A stretch of DNA of 50,466 nt. Origin: a virus. Lineage: Duplodnaviria; Caudoviricetes. The translations under genes were made by a program, and so were the position numbers. Of this stretch, positions 8,272-18,142 are shown piece after piece. The notes beneath the pieces are model-generated. The model ran no database searches, had not been told where the DNA came from, and saw only the letters and a program-made list of their open reading frames with translations. Numbering within the stretch: the first letter of the stretch is position 1; each line of letters opens with the position of its first letter. The stretch is from positions 1-50,466 of IMG/VR virus record IMGVR_UViG_3300024356_000616; one strand, given 5' to 3'.

Positions 8272-9576
8272 CTATGGGTTTGCATTACCTGCATCAAATG
8301 GTGCTATGCCTCCGTACACAGTGTCAGCAGTACCACCATCAAGATTTGGAATTTGAATACCGTTGTAAGAACCACCACCACTACCCCCACCACCACTACC
8401 ACCACCTATTCCAGATGCATTGGTGGGCCTCCACCTGAAGTCATTTGCACCTTCTGTGGATTCACGCCAAGCCAGAACTTGATTTGCTGTCGCACCATCT
8501 TGCCCTAAACGGATCTCTAGATTAGTTAAATCATACTCTATGGGCGCAATCGGTGTCAACAACGGTTGCACATCTCCGGGTTTCCACTCATTACTGGAGT
8601 TGTCCCAAATTAGTGCCTGTCCATCAGCAGCACCTGACCTATTTATCCTCACTGTTTGTGTTGCACTAATGTATTGCAGAGGTGAAACAGCATTCAGGCT
8701 GTAAGCACCACTACCACCGCTGGATGGTATGTAATCCTCAATGTGTTGAAATGTGTTTGCATCACTCCACCAAGACTCAGTACTTGCTATGTCCCCATCG
8801 TAGAGATAGCCGTTTAATGTAGTGCTTGTTGGTGGGCCGAAACCAAGCTTTATGTGCATTGTTTTGCCAGATTCGTTGTACATGGTAATCTGGCGTATAA
8901 CACTGCTATTAGGGCTTCTAGAAGCTGTAGAAGGCAGCTTAAAAACACTAAAAACTTGAGTATTCCCATCAACTGCGACTATTTTTTGCTCAAGTCTTTC
9001 ATTAATGATTGTTTCAGAACTATCCTGCACCTCACCATGGGAAACTGTGATGTGCAACCTGTCATCTGACGTTAAAACATCACTTCCTGTGGCAGCTAAA
9101 ACAACGGAAATTTCATCAAAATTGCTTTCCTTGCTCAGTACTATTACTGACGGGTAACTAAGTAGAAAAGCTTCAGAAAATCTCCAAACTTTGTGCGATG
9201 GTATTACAAAATCAATCAGGTTCGTGTCTGTGTAATTTGCAGGGTCGTCTAATTGGCCTGATGATGTTCCAGCAGCAAGTGTAATGTCGGTATAAGACCT
9301 GATTCGCAGTGAGAAAGACTGTGTGCTTCCAGCAGTATTATAAAAGTAAAATTCCCTAACTACTCTTTTTTCACCAGAAGTACTACTTGTACTAAGAATT
9401 GTATTTACATTGTTCTGGGATGGCTGAGAGTAGGATACAAGTTCCTTGTATGTCTCATTATTCTCAGAATCCATGCTGTAACGCATGTAGTGCACGGTTG
9501 CTGCGATGTTGCACGCCACTCCCTGAGACTGCACATAAAGTTTTGATTTCTGGGGTATTACAAGAGTTTTGCTCAT
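8272..9576 (-). CDS. Virion structural/fibre-associated protein
   Basis: Beta-rich; fibre repeats GQALIWD/NQVLAW; C-terminal LDGG..FDAG motif; start set at MSKTLV. Confidence 0.7.
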   Translation of the reverse strand: MSKTLVIPQKSKLYVQSQGVACNIAATVHYMRYSMDSENNETYKELVSYSQPSQNNVNTILSTSSTSGEKRVVREFYFYNTAGSTQSFSLRIRSYTDITLAAGTSSGQLDDPANYTDTNLIDFVIPSHKVWRFSEAFLLSYPSVIVLSKESNFDEISVVLAATGSDVLTSDDRLHITVSHGEVQDSSETIINERLEQKIVAVDGNTQVFSVFKLPSTASRSPNSSVIRQITMYNESGKTMHIKLGFGPPTSTTLNGYLYDGDIASTESWWSDANTFQHIEDYIPSSGGSGAYSLNAVSPLQYISATQTVRINRSGAADGQALIWDNSSNEWKPGDVQPLLTPIAPIEYDLTNLEIRLGQDGATANQVLAWRESTEGANDFRWRPTNASGIGGGSGGGGSGGGSYNGIQIPNLDGGTADTVYGGIAPFDAGNANP

Positions 9577-12500
9577 ATTCCAAACCATCCCCTTCTGTAG
9601 CCTGCATTAATTGGTTTGCTTTTCACAACAGCCTTGCTCCCAACAACAGCAAGTGCGTTGGTGGAATCAGTGTTTAATTTCAAATAAATTGCAGGATCCG
9701 CAGGTGTGCTGGGTACTGTGTCTAAAACAAGACCTGTTCCACTGCGAGTCTTTATTGCAAGAGTTGGATTTTGTGTGGTTCCCGTGTTTGCAAGACCACC
9801 GTTTGCATCTGCAAGTGTTGGGTCAGGAGATATACCTTGTGGTCCTTGTGGACCCTCTGCACCTGTTGCACCAGTGGGACCCCTTAAATTAGTTGGAGCA
9901 CCCCAAGGGTCTGTTGCACTGCTTGTCTTTGGCCCAAATATATAAGTCCCAACATACTCACCCAGTGTGGTTTCCAGCCTTGTAATATGGAAGTCGTCCA
10001 CATCACCAAGTGCAGAAGATGGATCGGGTGGAGTTGATGCGTTTGATTGCACTGTCGCATGATGTATGATCTGCCCTGATTGTGGTCCGGCAGGACCTGT
10101 GGCCCCTGTAGGGCCAGCAGGGCCTGTTGCACCTGTATCACCGTGCAATTCCACATAATTATCAGGCCAAACATTGTTAGCTTTTGGGCCGTAAAACCTT
10201 GTACTGGGTTCTGGACTAAGTATGGATACAAGAAGGAAGTCCCCATTTACACCAATACCTGAGTAAAGTGCAGGTAAGTCCTGACCTGTAAGTAATACAG
10301 GGTGGTCCACTCTGCGTATAAGGTTGGATGTACTCTGTCCTCTAGGACCTGTTGCACCTGTAGGACCAGCAGGACCTGCTGGTCCTGTTTCACCCTGAAT
10401 ACCTTGCACTCCTTGAGGGCCAACAAGATTTACAGGATCCTGCAACGATGTCCACCTGTTACCCAAGCAACCGCTGCACTTAGGTCCGTAAAGGATGTGA
10501 TTTGTGGTGTCTATGTAAAAATCACCACTGTTTCCAAGGTCCTGTGCAGGTACACCATCACCCCACAGTATGGTTGGCCTTGTGTGGTCGTATGGAACAG
10601 ATGCAATCCAGTTCACACCATCGTACACAAGTACATCACCCGCACTACCATTCACACCAAACGTGAGAGTGCGTGTGGTTTTATCCCAGTCAAGTGGAAG
10701 TGTTGCTTTGATATCAGCAGGTGGTAATTCTTTCTCACTCCAAATCTTTAGAGTGTCATCCCATGTCATTACATACCCATCAGTAGTACCCTCTGTAATT
10801 TTTAGAGTACCTGTGGATTTGTCCCAATCCAGTGGGGACATTGCAGTAATTTCAAGGATTGCTGTTGAGTTGACCCAGTTAGTTCCATCAAACTTTAGAA
10901 TTTCGTCCTGAGTAGGAGTTGTGATGATTACATCTTCTAGCTCATCGAGAGTGTCCACATATGTGCCGTGGTTCACCCACTCGTTGTTTTTAAATACAAG
11001 TATTTGGTCCTGTTCCGGGTTGGTAATGGTTACATCAGTAAGGCCGTCCAGTGTCACAATTGGTGATTGTGGTGTCCACGCCTTTGTGGTGTTGTCCCAA
11101 GTGAGAACTTCGCCAGTTGTTGTGCCATCAGCCAGTGCAATCGTGAAAGTGGTAACATTGTTGGATGTCTCAGACGATATGCTAATTGGTGCAGTGCCTT
11201 GCAGGTCAGCGGGTGGCCCCTGCTCACCACGCTCCACCAAAAGATCCCAGTTAGCCGTGGTGTTTGGTGTAATATTTAACGTGTTGTCCAACTCACATAT
11301 GTAAATTGCTCCCTGATACCCAACAACAGCACCTTTGGAGTAATTTACAGTGGAATCCCAGTTTCCGTTCCACTCCATACCAGCAGTGCCATCTTCCCCT
11401 GCTGGACCTGCCGAACCATTAGCACCATTTGCACCTGCCGGACCAACAAGTGAAATACCAGTACCCCAGCTAACAACACTATTGCTTGTGGATCTAGGAC
11501 CGTACAACAGTGGAGCACCTGTACCAGCAGTCTGAATGTACCAGTCGCCGTCAGTTGCATCTGTAGTCCCATCTGGTGCGCCCGTCCCTGTCTGGAGACT
11601 TTTTGCAGCACTTGCTTTGGATGCAACCCAGCTAGTCCCATCGTACTTAAGAACATTGCCAGTTTGTGCATTTGGAACATTGAATGAAAGTGTGGTTGTG
11701 GACTCGTCCCACACTATAGGAGCATTAGCATAAATGGTTGCAACTGCGTTCGCAGTGGAACCCTTGGATGCTACAAGGTTCCAATCTGCTGCGTTGGTTG
11801 GAGCATTGGTCGTACCACTGTTTGCAATCACAACATAGGAACTACCGTTGAACTGCACAACAGAGTTTAATGGGTACTGTGTACCACTTACGTAAGAACC
11901 CTTCCACACAAGTCCGGGAGTACCAGCAGGTCCTGTCGGCCCAGCAGGACCTGCTGAACCTGCACCACCTGCAAGACTGATTGGAGGCCCCCAAGGAGTA
12001 CCATTCGCAGCTACATAACCGCCGTACAAGTTCTTTGCAATCAGGTCAAAGTAGAAGTCTCCATCGTTCACACTGGTTGGATCAGGAAATGAGCTTGTTG
12101 GTGCTTGGTTTCCGTAGTGTATGGTCGCACCACGTGGTCCTGTTAAACCAGTAGGTCCTGCATCACCAGTATCACCCTTGTCACCCTTGTCACCTTTAAG
12201 GGAAATTCCATTACCCCAGCTAACCACACTATTTGTGGTAACACGTGGTCCAAATAAATCCTTGCTAGTGGTGTTTAAAAAGTAGTCGCCATCAATTCCA
12301 GTAGTGCTAGTGGTAGGATTACTTGTCCCAGTGAGTATGGTTGCCCCACGAGCACCCTGCACACCTTGAACACCTTGAATACCCTGAGTACCCTGCGGTC
12401 CGGTGGGGCCTGCTGGCCCCGTAGGACCGCTTGCAAGTACTCTTTCCCACACACCTGTGCCGTTTGAGTACTTCCATATGTACAGGTAATTTGTGTCTGT

Positions 12501-12731
12501 TTCGTACCAAAATGCTTTAGTTGTGGATGGATTACTTGGCGCAGGTGGTTCTGTGTTCTGAGCAATGTACGTAATTGCCCCTGCAAGGGAACTGATGGAA
12601 ACCCCACCAATGGTAAAACCATCACCTACAAACAATTCTCTCGTGTCTGTTGCAAAAGCTGGTTCACCTGCAAGAAGAGATTGTGTTTGTATTGCAGATT
12701 GTGGGCCACGTTTAAATTGAATTAATGCCAT
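9573..12731 (-). CDS. Collagen-repeat tail fibre
   Basis: N-terminal IQFKRG..LLAGEPAF.TDT domain, Gly-X-Y runs, repeated GDF/Y..LYGP modules, CBM5/12-like WKGSY..Y..NSVV.FNGSSY repeats. Confidence 0.9.
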   Translation of the reverse strand: MALIQFKRGPQSAIQTQSLLAGEPAFATDTRELFVGDGFTIGGVSISSLAGAITYIAQNTEPPAPSNPSTTKAFWYETDTNYLYIWKYSNGTGVWERVLASGPTGPAGPTGPQGTQGIQGVQGVQGARGATILTGTSNPTTSTTGIDGDYFLNTTSKDLFGPRVTTNSVVSWGNGISLKGDKGDKGDTGDAGPTGLTGPRGATIHYGNQAPTSSFPDPTSVNDGDFYFDLIAKNLYGGYVAANGTPWGPPISLAGGAGSAGPAGPTGPAGTPGLVWKGSYVSGTQYPLNSVVQFNGSSYVVIANSGTTNAPTNAADWNLVASKGSTANAVATIYANAPIVWDESTTTLSFNVPNAQTGNVLKYDGTSWVASKASAAKSLQTGTGAPDGTTDATDGDWYIQTAGTGAPLLYGPRSTSNSVVSWGTGISLVGPAGANGANGSAGPAGEDGTAGMEWNGNWDSTVNYSKGAVVGYQGAIYICELDNTLNITPNTTANWDLLVERGEQGPPADLQGTAPISISSETSNNVTTFTIALADGTTTGEVLTWDNTTKAWTPQSPIVTLDGLTDVTITNPEQDQILVFKNNEWVNHGTYVDTLDELEDVIITTPTQDEILKFDGTNWVNSTAILEITAMSPLDWDKSTGTLKITEGTTDGYVMTWDDTLKIWSEKELPPADIKATLPLDWDKTTRTLTFGVNGSAGDVLVYDGVNWIASVPYDHTRPTILWGDGVPAQDLGNSGDFYIDTTNHILYGPKCSGCLGNRWTSLQDPVNLVGPQGVQGIQGETGPAGPAGPTGATGPRGQSTSNLIRRVDHPVLLTGQDLPALYSGIGVNGDFLLVSILSPEPSTRFYGPKANNVWPDNYVELHGDTGATGPAGPTGATGPAGPQSGQIIHHATVQSNASTPPDPSSALGDVDDFHITRLETTLGEYVGTYIFGPKTSSATDPWGAPTNLRGPTGATGAEGPQGPQGISPDPTLADANGGLANTGTTQNPTLAIKTRSGTGLVLDTVPSTPADPAIYLKLNTDSTNALAVVGSKAVVKSKPINAGYRRGWFGI

Positions 12732-12732
12732 A

Positions 12733-15504
12733 TTATGCCTCAGTAATTATTGCCTGAAGTGTGTTAGGTGATGCTGGAGTGCATGCGAATGGTGTGAGAT
12801 TCACACCGGGAATTGTGAGTGTGAATGGAGTGCAAAGACAGGTTGTAATGTTGTTAATTTCCACAGGACTTCTTGAAGCATTAACAATATCTTTCAACAC
12901 AAGCTTAAACGCAGTAGTACCAACCAGTGTAAGTTTTGCCTGAATAATGTCTTTTGTTGGTCCGAATTGGTCATATATTCCAATCCATCCACCATCTGAT
13001 GTGCTTTGTTGAAGTGGTATGACAACATCTTTGAGAAACTTACAAGAGCTTGGAGCATTGTTGAATTTAAGCTGTAAGTTCGAAGGGATTACACAAGACT
13101 GATTGGAACCGCACGGGAATGTACTGCTTGCAGAGTCTGAAATACATATTGGTGTGTTCGGTACTATTCCTGTGGAAGTGCCCTGAATATTTACAGGTAT
13201 GGATGTGAACATACCAAGTGTGAAAACTCCACCAACCTCGTTCAACTTACTATCACAAGCAATTGCCCTTGGTGCAGGGTATGGTATGGAGTCCACGCAG
13301 CGCATGTTCATGTACCAATTCATTGCTTGTGGGCGTTCTGCTTCTTGTTGAGAAAATGTGTCTGTTGCTGCATCAACGACAACAATGGCGTAGGATGGTG
13401 TTTTCTCAGTTTTATAAAAAGTCAACCTTCCCCAAGATTGTGCACCACTCTGGCAGGTGAAACTCTTGGACCCGTACACAGTGCGTGATGCAACCTTGGA
13501 TCCATTCCAGTACACACTAACATTCATGGTTGTCTGGAAGTGGTAATCAAGAGCAGCAGTGCCTATTGCACCACCTAGGCAAAACTTCACCACATATGGT
13601 GGCTTGTGCCACTGTGGATATGTCGCAGCAGTTGCCCCTGTTGGGACTGTCTGGGTTTTTTGCAGGATTGCGCTGTAGGGTAGGAACATATCAGATGTGC
13701 CAAAACCATACAGTTGTGTAGTTGTACTGTCTCCCTGCATTCCTTTGCACTGACCGCAAGGATATGTATCAGCATCACAAGCTGCCTCATCACCCAAGTA
13801 GGACTCAATGTAAACCTCTTCAGTGAGGTCGTTGTAAGGTGGTCGTATCAGTCTAGTGTAGGTATCCTCAACACTAAGGTGAAATATAATGTTGTCCAGC
13901 ATTCCGTGCTGTTCTACTGGAACACAACCATTTAGGGATATATCGTCATCAGCGTATTGATATAAGGCCCAATCCCTTGCATATGTTTTGCAGAATGTTT
14001 CAATCTGATTAGTATTAAAGTCCTTCTCCGTTACACCTGTAGGAGGGTACATTAATATAGGGCATGCAGTTTTACCTGTTGTTTTATATGCACTGGCAAC
14101 AACCTTGAAATACTTGCTTAAAAGGGATTTACCCCTAAATGCATCCCCCCAACCAGAGTCACTGCGAGGCCCATAAAAGACATTATTCTTAGTGTCCAGA
14201 ATGTAGTCACCATTCTGGTATTCAACTGTTACTGAATTATTACCAGATTTGTAATAGGAGGGTTCTGAATTCTTATCATCCGGCCCTTGGTTATTGGTAT
14301 CCTCAAAGTATCGCATTTTCCCTGCAACCACTGAATCAAGGTCGGTTGGATCAACCATTGTTTCAATAATTTGAGAATGTAAAGTATCATCCCCATTAAT
14401 AGTCGTTTCACTTAGTGGCCTTTGCGTTGCAAGCCCATCCTTGTTCAAAAGATTAACTCTGATTGGGTTATTATTTACAACAAACGTAACAACCTCAGGT
14501 ATTACTCCGGGAGTGTCCCTGATATTAAGAGATTGTTTTTGCACATCATCGGAGTTTTTCCCAATGTCAGACTTGGATGGAAAACTTTTGTAAAACTTTG
14601 ATTTATCTAAATTTGCAAGTACCATTTTTCCCCCGCCCTGATTACCTGAGGGCGTGAGAAGAGGTTGTTTAAGAGCATCGAAGCTTTTCCTTGCATGCAT
14701 TATTTCTATTTGCCCATTGAAGTGGCTAATAATGCGACAGTTGCAAGATTGTGCTATCGAATCAAGAAGTAAAGGCACTCGTATGTTGTAAGACTGTTTT
14801 CGGTACAAGCTGTGTGGGAAAAGATACTCTTGGGGTATGTCAGGATCTACCAGTACTTGATGTTGTCCATAACCTAAGTTGTCAAATATGGTATAAAATA
14901 AATCCTCCCAGTTGGAGCAACTAGGTATTTTAAACTCCCCTGTGTTATGCCACCACCACCAATATCTATCATCCACTAACGGAACAACCCACAAGCTTTC
15001 CAAGTGTGGTACTGGAAACCTTCCCCTTGTTTCTATTGCATCATCAACAACAGTACTTTCAATTTGCAAAAGTGGTCTTGGTGGCAGCATATACATTTTT
15101 GCTGCCAGTGGGATCTCAGTGTTATAGATGACAAGTTTTTCAGCAGTGTAGTAATTTTTAGAATTTACCCTACTGCGCATTCCCCCAAGCGTATCAACGG
15201 CATCTTTGTACCCAAGGTTGTCAAAAGATGGTAGCTTTTCCAAGTCTTCTGAAGAAACCAAGAAAAACCCAGTTGCAAATCTACTTGCCCCTGTGGGCCA
15301 ATACAAAGAACTTAGTTTTAAATCATGGAATGGATTTTCCGAATAGTTTTTAAAAACAATGTCAGAGTTATCGAGCAATCCATAGTTAAGAGTTCTAAAG
15401 TAATTACTCGCATTAAATGGTATATTCTCCTCCACCCAGTCATATAATTCCTTGGGTGGAACCATTAATGGAACTCCAGCGTATGTAAACTCTTGGTCAA
15501 TCAT
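12733..15504 (-). CDS. Tail tip/hub-like structural protein
   Basis: 923 aa in the tail operon; Cys-rich C-terminus; function inferred from position only. Confidence 0.55.
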   Translation of the reverse strand: MIDQEFTYAGVPLMVPPKELYDWVEENIPFNASNYFRTLNYGLLDNSDIVFKNYSENPFHDLKLSSLYWPTGASRFATGFFLVSSEDLEKLPSFDNLGYKDAVDTLGGMRSRVNSKNYYTAEKLVIYNTEIPLAAKMYMLPPRPLLQIESTVVDDAIETRGRFPVPHLESLWVVPLVDDRYWWWWHNTGEFKIPSCSNWEDLFYTIFDNLGYGQHQVLVDPDIPQEYLFPHSLYRKQSYNIRVPLLLDSIAQSCNCRIISHFNGQIEIMHARKSFDALKQPLLTPSGNQGGGKMVLANLDKSKFYKSFPSKSDIGKNSDDVQKQSLNIRDTPGVIPEVVTFVVNNNPIRVNLLNKDGLATQRPLSETTINGDDTLHSQIIETMVDPTDLDSVVAGKMRYFEDTNNQGPDDKNSEPSYYKSGNNSVTVEYQNGDYILDTKNNVFYGPRSDSGWGDAFRGKSLLSKYFKVVASAYKTTGKTACPILMYPPTGVTEKDFNTNQIETFCKTYARDWALYQYADDDISLNGCVPVEQHGMLDNIIFHLSVEDTYTRLIRPPYNDLTEEVYIESYLGDEAACDADTYPCGQCKGMQGDSTTTQLYGFGTSDMFLPYSAILQKTQTVPTGATAATYPQWHKPPYVVKFCLGGAIGTAALDYHFQTTMNVSVYWNGSKVASRTVYGSKSFTCQSGAQSWGRLTFYKTEKTPSYAIVVVDAATDTFSQQEAERPQAMNWYMNMRCVDSIPYPAPRAIACDSKLNEVGGVFTLGMFTSIPVNIQGTSTGIVPNTPICISDSASSTFPCGSNQSCVIPSNLQLKFNNAPSSCKFLKDVVIPLQQSTSDGGWIGIYDQFGPTKDIIQAKLTLVGTTAFKLVLKDIVNASRSPVEINNITTCLCTPFTLTIPGVNLTPFACTPASPNTLQAIITEA

Positions 15505-16868
15505 TATGCAATAAGGGAATCAGATATAGTGGGTGTTGCGCTGTAAGGAAGTGTGAAACCACCCGAACCAGTGGTAAATAGTCTGTCAAACAATACTTGA
15601 AATGTGTTGTTGGTGTACGTCAGAGTGCTTGCCTGCCCATTGGTAACCGTTGCAAGGCTTTTTGAAAATGTAATATCCACCCTCTCAGAGGTCGTAAGTG
15701 GATCTGATGCAAGTCCCAGAACAGATATAAAAGGTCCACCTGTGTAAAGTTCTGTCATTTCAGTAAGGACAAGTCTATCCATGTATACTTGGGTATTTTC
15801 TGCCGTTGTGCACCTTATGCGTAGATACACTTCCGAGGGAGTCTTTGAACCAATTACGAAAGATCCAGTAAAGGATGTGTAACTTGCTGTCAGAGTGTTC
15901 AGGTTGGCACTAAATGCAAGGTAATTGTTTGAATCGTCAGTAAGTATGTTCCCTGTGGAATCCACCAAATCAATTGCTATGGATCCTGTCGTTAGTGCTG
16001 TTGGTGCTTTTGCCCTGAAGTGAAAAGCGTACACATTCCGTGCAGTGATGCTAATAGACACGTCCTGTTGAAGCCTAACATCAGACGTGATATTACCAAC
16101 AATCTTCAATCCATCTGTGGTAGTAACCCAGTGTGTACCAGCAGTACCGTAGGATCCTACACTACTCCATCCAGCGGGAGCAGTCGCAGTGGTTGTACTT
16201 GCAATTGTGAACGTGCCATTTTCCAAAATGTTACCCTCAGACTGCGATGCAGTTAAATTGGTTCTGGAAAGTGTTACATCAGAACCAGAACCAGCCGGGT
16301 AATCATAGTTGTACACATCCGTTGCAGAATCCACCGTCTTTACACTAAATTGCTCATTACCTGCGCTTGTTCCACCTGTGTAGGAATCTGCACTAACCTC
16401 AAGTCTTAATGTTTCCGCAATGGTAAACTGGTTATCCCCACCGTCCCTGTTCTTTAGTGCGACCAGAACAGTATTTTTGTTTGTCGAATCTGTAATTGTA
16501 AATGTCGTGCTCATTGCTCTTACCGTTTTGCTATCCAATCGCATTTGGCGCAGTAGTTCAGTCATACAACTGCTAAGGTCAGCAGGAATTAGTGGGTCGT
16601 GCGCCCGTACAGAGTCGATAACCACACTACTTGCAACATTTAAAAGAAGATCCGGTATAAGATTGCTGACAGTACCAATTTGGCCATCAATAGAAGGAAT
16701 GTAATCCAAAATAAGCGATGTTTTACCATTACCTGTGAACTTGTTTACAAATGCCGGGGATTTTACATTTACAAGTGATTTTTGAAAGGTGTTTATATCG
16801 GATAAAAACCCCCCAATAAGTCCTATTTTGGTAAATATACCATAAGTTCCATCGTAGTCTATAGCCAT
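15504..16868 (-). CDS. Virion protein with carbohydrate-binding-like jelly-roll domain
   Basis: NILENGTF...PAGW...LQQDV...VYMDRLVL pattern. Confidence 0.55.
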   Translation of the reverse strand: MAIDYDGTYGIFTKIGLIGGFLSDINTFQKSLVNVKSPAFVNKFTGNGKTSLILDYIPSIDGQIGTVSNLIPDLLLNVASSVVIDSVRAHDPLIPADLSSCMTELLRQMRLDSKTVRAMSTTFTITDSTNKNTVLVALKNRDGGDNQFTIAETLRLEVSADSYTGGTSAGNEQFSVKTVDSATDVYNYDYPAGSGSDVTLSRTNLTASQSEGNILENGTFTIASTTTATAPAGWSSVGSYGTAGTHWVTTTDGLKIVGNITSDVRLQQDVSISITARNVYAFHFRAKAPTALTTGSIAIDLVDSTGNILTDDSNNYLAFSANLNTLTASYTSFTGSFVIGSKTPSEVYLRIRCTTAENTQVYMDRLVLTEMTELYTGGPFISVLGLASDPLTTSERVDITFSKSLATVTNGQASTLTYTNNTFQVLFDRLFTTGSGGFTLPYSATPTISDSLIA

Positions 16869-16870
16869 TT

Positions 16871-17467
16871 TTAACCCCCAATTGTGTCGTTTGGACCGCT
16901 AGTAGATGTGCTTGTCGCAGTATTGGAAGAAAAGCTTACGCCACCAACTGGCGTAAATGGAAATGTTGCATTGAAACCACCGCCAGCCCAAGAGTCAGTG
17001 TTTAATGATCCAGATGGCTTGATATAAGGCATCTGCGCTTTGTTTCCATCAATAGGACTTAGTGGATAAGTAAGTGTGGATGTACCGGGATCATAAACAG
17101 TTTGACATATGTAAATAATTCTTCCAGCAGCTTGGTATATTTGTGTTTTACCGTCACTATGTAATATTGGTGCTCCAAGCTGAATATCTGCAACCTCTAC
17201 AACATCATCTTCATTATCTTTGTAAACAGACTGAATGTATGGAATATCAGGAGCAGCATTTAACCTCACAAACTGGAATGCTAGCTCTTTCCTAGTAACT
17301 GGCTGAGATGTTTTAATGACTTTTGTTGCAGCACCGTAGTTACCCAGTCCTTTGACAGCTATTTTGTTACCTATCGTGGAGTAATGCACTGTCACATTAG
17401 CCACTAAGTATGGGTAAAGTGCGTGTGATCCACTTATTAAAGTTTCTCTTAGGGATGCTGTAGCCAT
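16871..17467 (-). CDS. Hypothetical virion protein
   Basis: Tightly packed ORF in the tail operon. Confidence 0.6.
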   Translation of the reverse strand: MATASLRETLISGSHALYPYLVANVTVHYSTIGNKIAVKGLGNYGAATKVIKTSQPVTRKELAFQFVRLNAAPDIPYIQSVYKDNEDDVVEVADIQLGAPILHSDGKTQIYQAAGRIIYICQTVYDPGTSTLTYPLSPIDGNKAQMPYIKPSGSLNTDSWAGGGFNATFPFTPVGGVSFSSNTATSTSTSGPNDTIGG

Positions 17468-17477
17468 GGTGTATTAC

Positions 17478-18140
17478 TTAGAAGTTGGAAGGGATTTTTA
17501 TAAGTCCGCTATAGGCATCATTAATTACCTGTATGAACTGTAGAGCATATAGCTTTGCATTATCTGAACCCAAATCTGCGTAATTGCTCCAGTTTGCACT
17601 CAAGTGCTCAAAAACAATTTTCCATCTTGCTGCCGGGTCTTGAACCCCGGCAGCATAGGCAGAGTACCATTTTTGGAATGCTTCTTTTCCTGTGAGGTTA
17701 TCTCCAAGGCGTGTTTGATATTGCCCAGCAGGCAACTTGGTGTACCTGCTCACAATTACCCAATTACCATTTGCATTTTTTTCTGGTACATTTACTTCCA
17801 TAGTTGGAAAAGGGACATATCTTTTCCTGCGCAAAGGTGAAAATGGGAACCTGCTTGAAAAATACTGGGCTATCTGCGCATTAAATAATTTAAAGTAGGT
17901 TGCCTTGTTAAAATTAAAAAGTGCTTGGTTTATTAAAACTGGTTGCACTTTTGGTAGTAACATATTCTCGGTTTTTGGTACTACCGTGGAGTTGTTTTTA
18001 CCTGTATTGGTTGGAGTAGACTTGCCCCTTGATTCCGTGTGGTATCTGAAATAACGTACCCTCTTCACCTTGCACAGATTAGTTGTGCACCCTTCAGATA
18101 TGTTGGTTTGACCGTAATCAAAACATGTCTTTGTTACCAT
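17478..18140 (-). CDS. Hypothetical protein
   Basis: Tightly packed ORF in the tail operon. Confidence 0.6.
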   Translation of the reverse strand: MVTKTCFDYGQTNISEGCTTNLCKVKRVRYFRYHTESRGKSTPTNTGKNNSTVVPKTENMLLPKVQPVLINQALFNFNKATYFKLFNAQIAQYFSSRFPFSPLRRKRYVPFPTMEVNVPEKNANGNWVIVSRYTKLPAGQYQTRLGDNLTGKEAFQKWYSAYAAGVQDPAARWKIVFEHLSANWSNYADLGSDNAKLYALQFIQVINDAYSGLIKIPSNF

Positions 18141-18142
18141 GG

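Noticed and set aside
8024-12731. Diversity-generating retroelement suggested by Mtd_N domains
   Set aside because: No reverse transcriptase and no template/variable repeat pair seen; Mtd_N is a generic fibre domain
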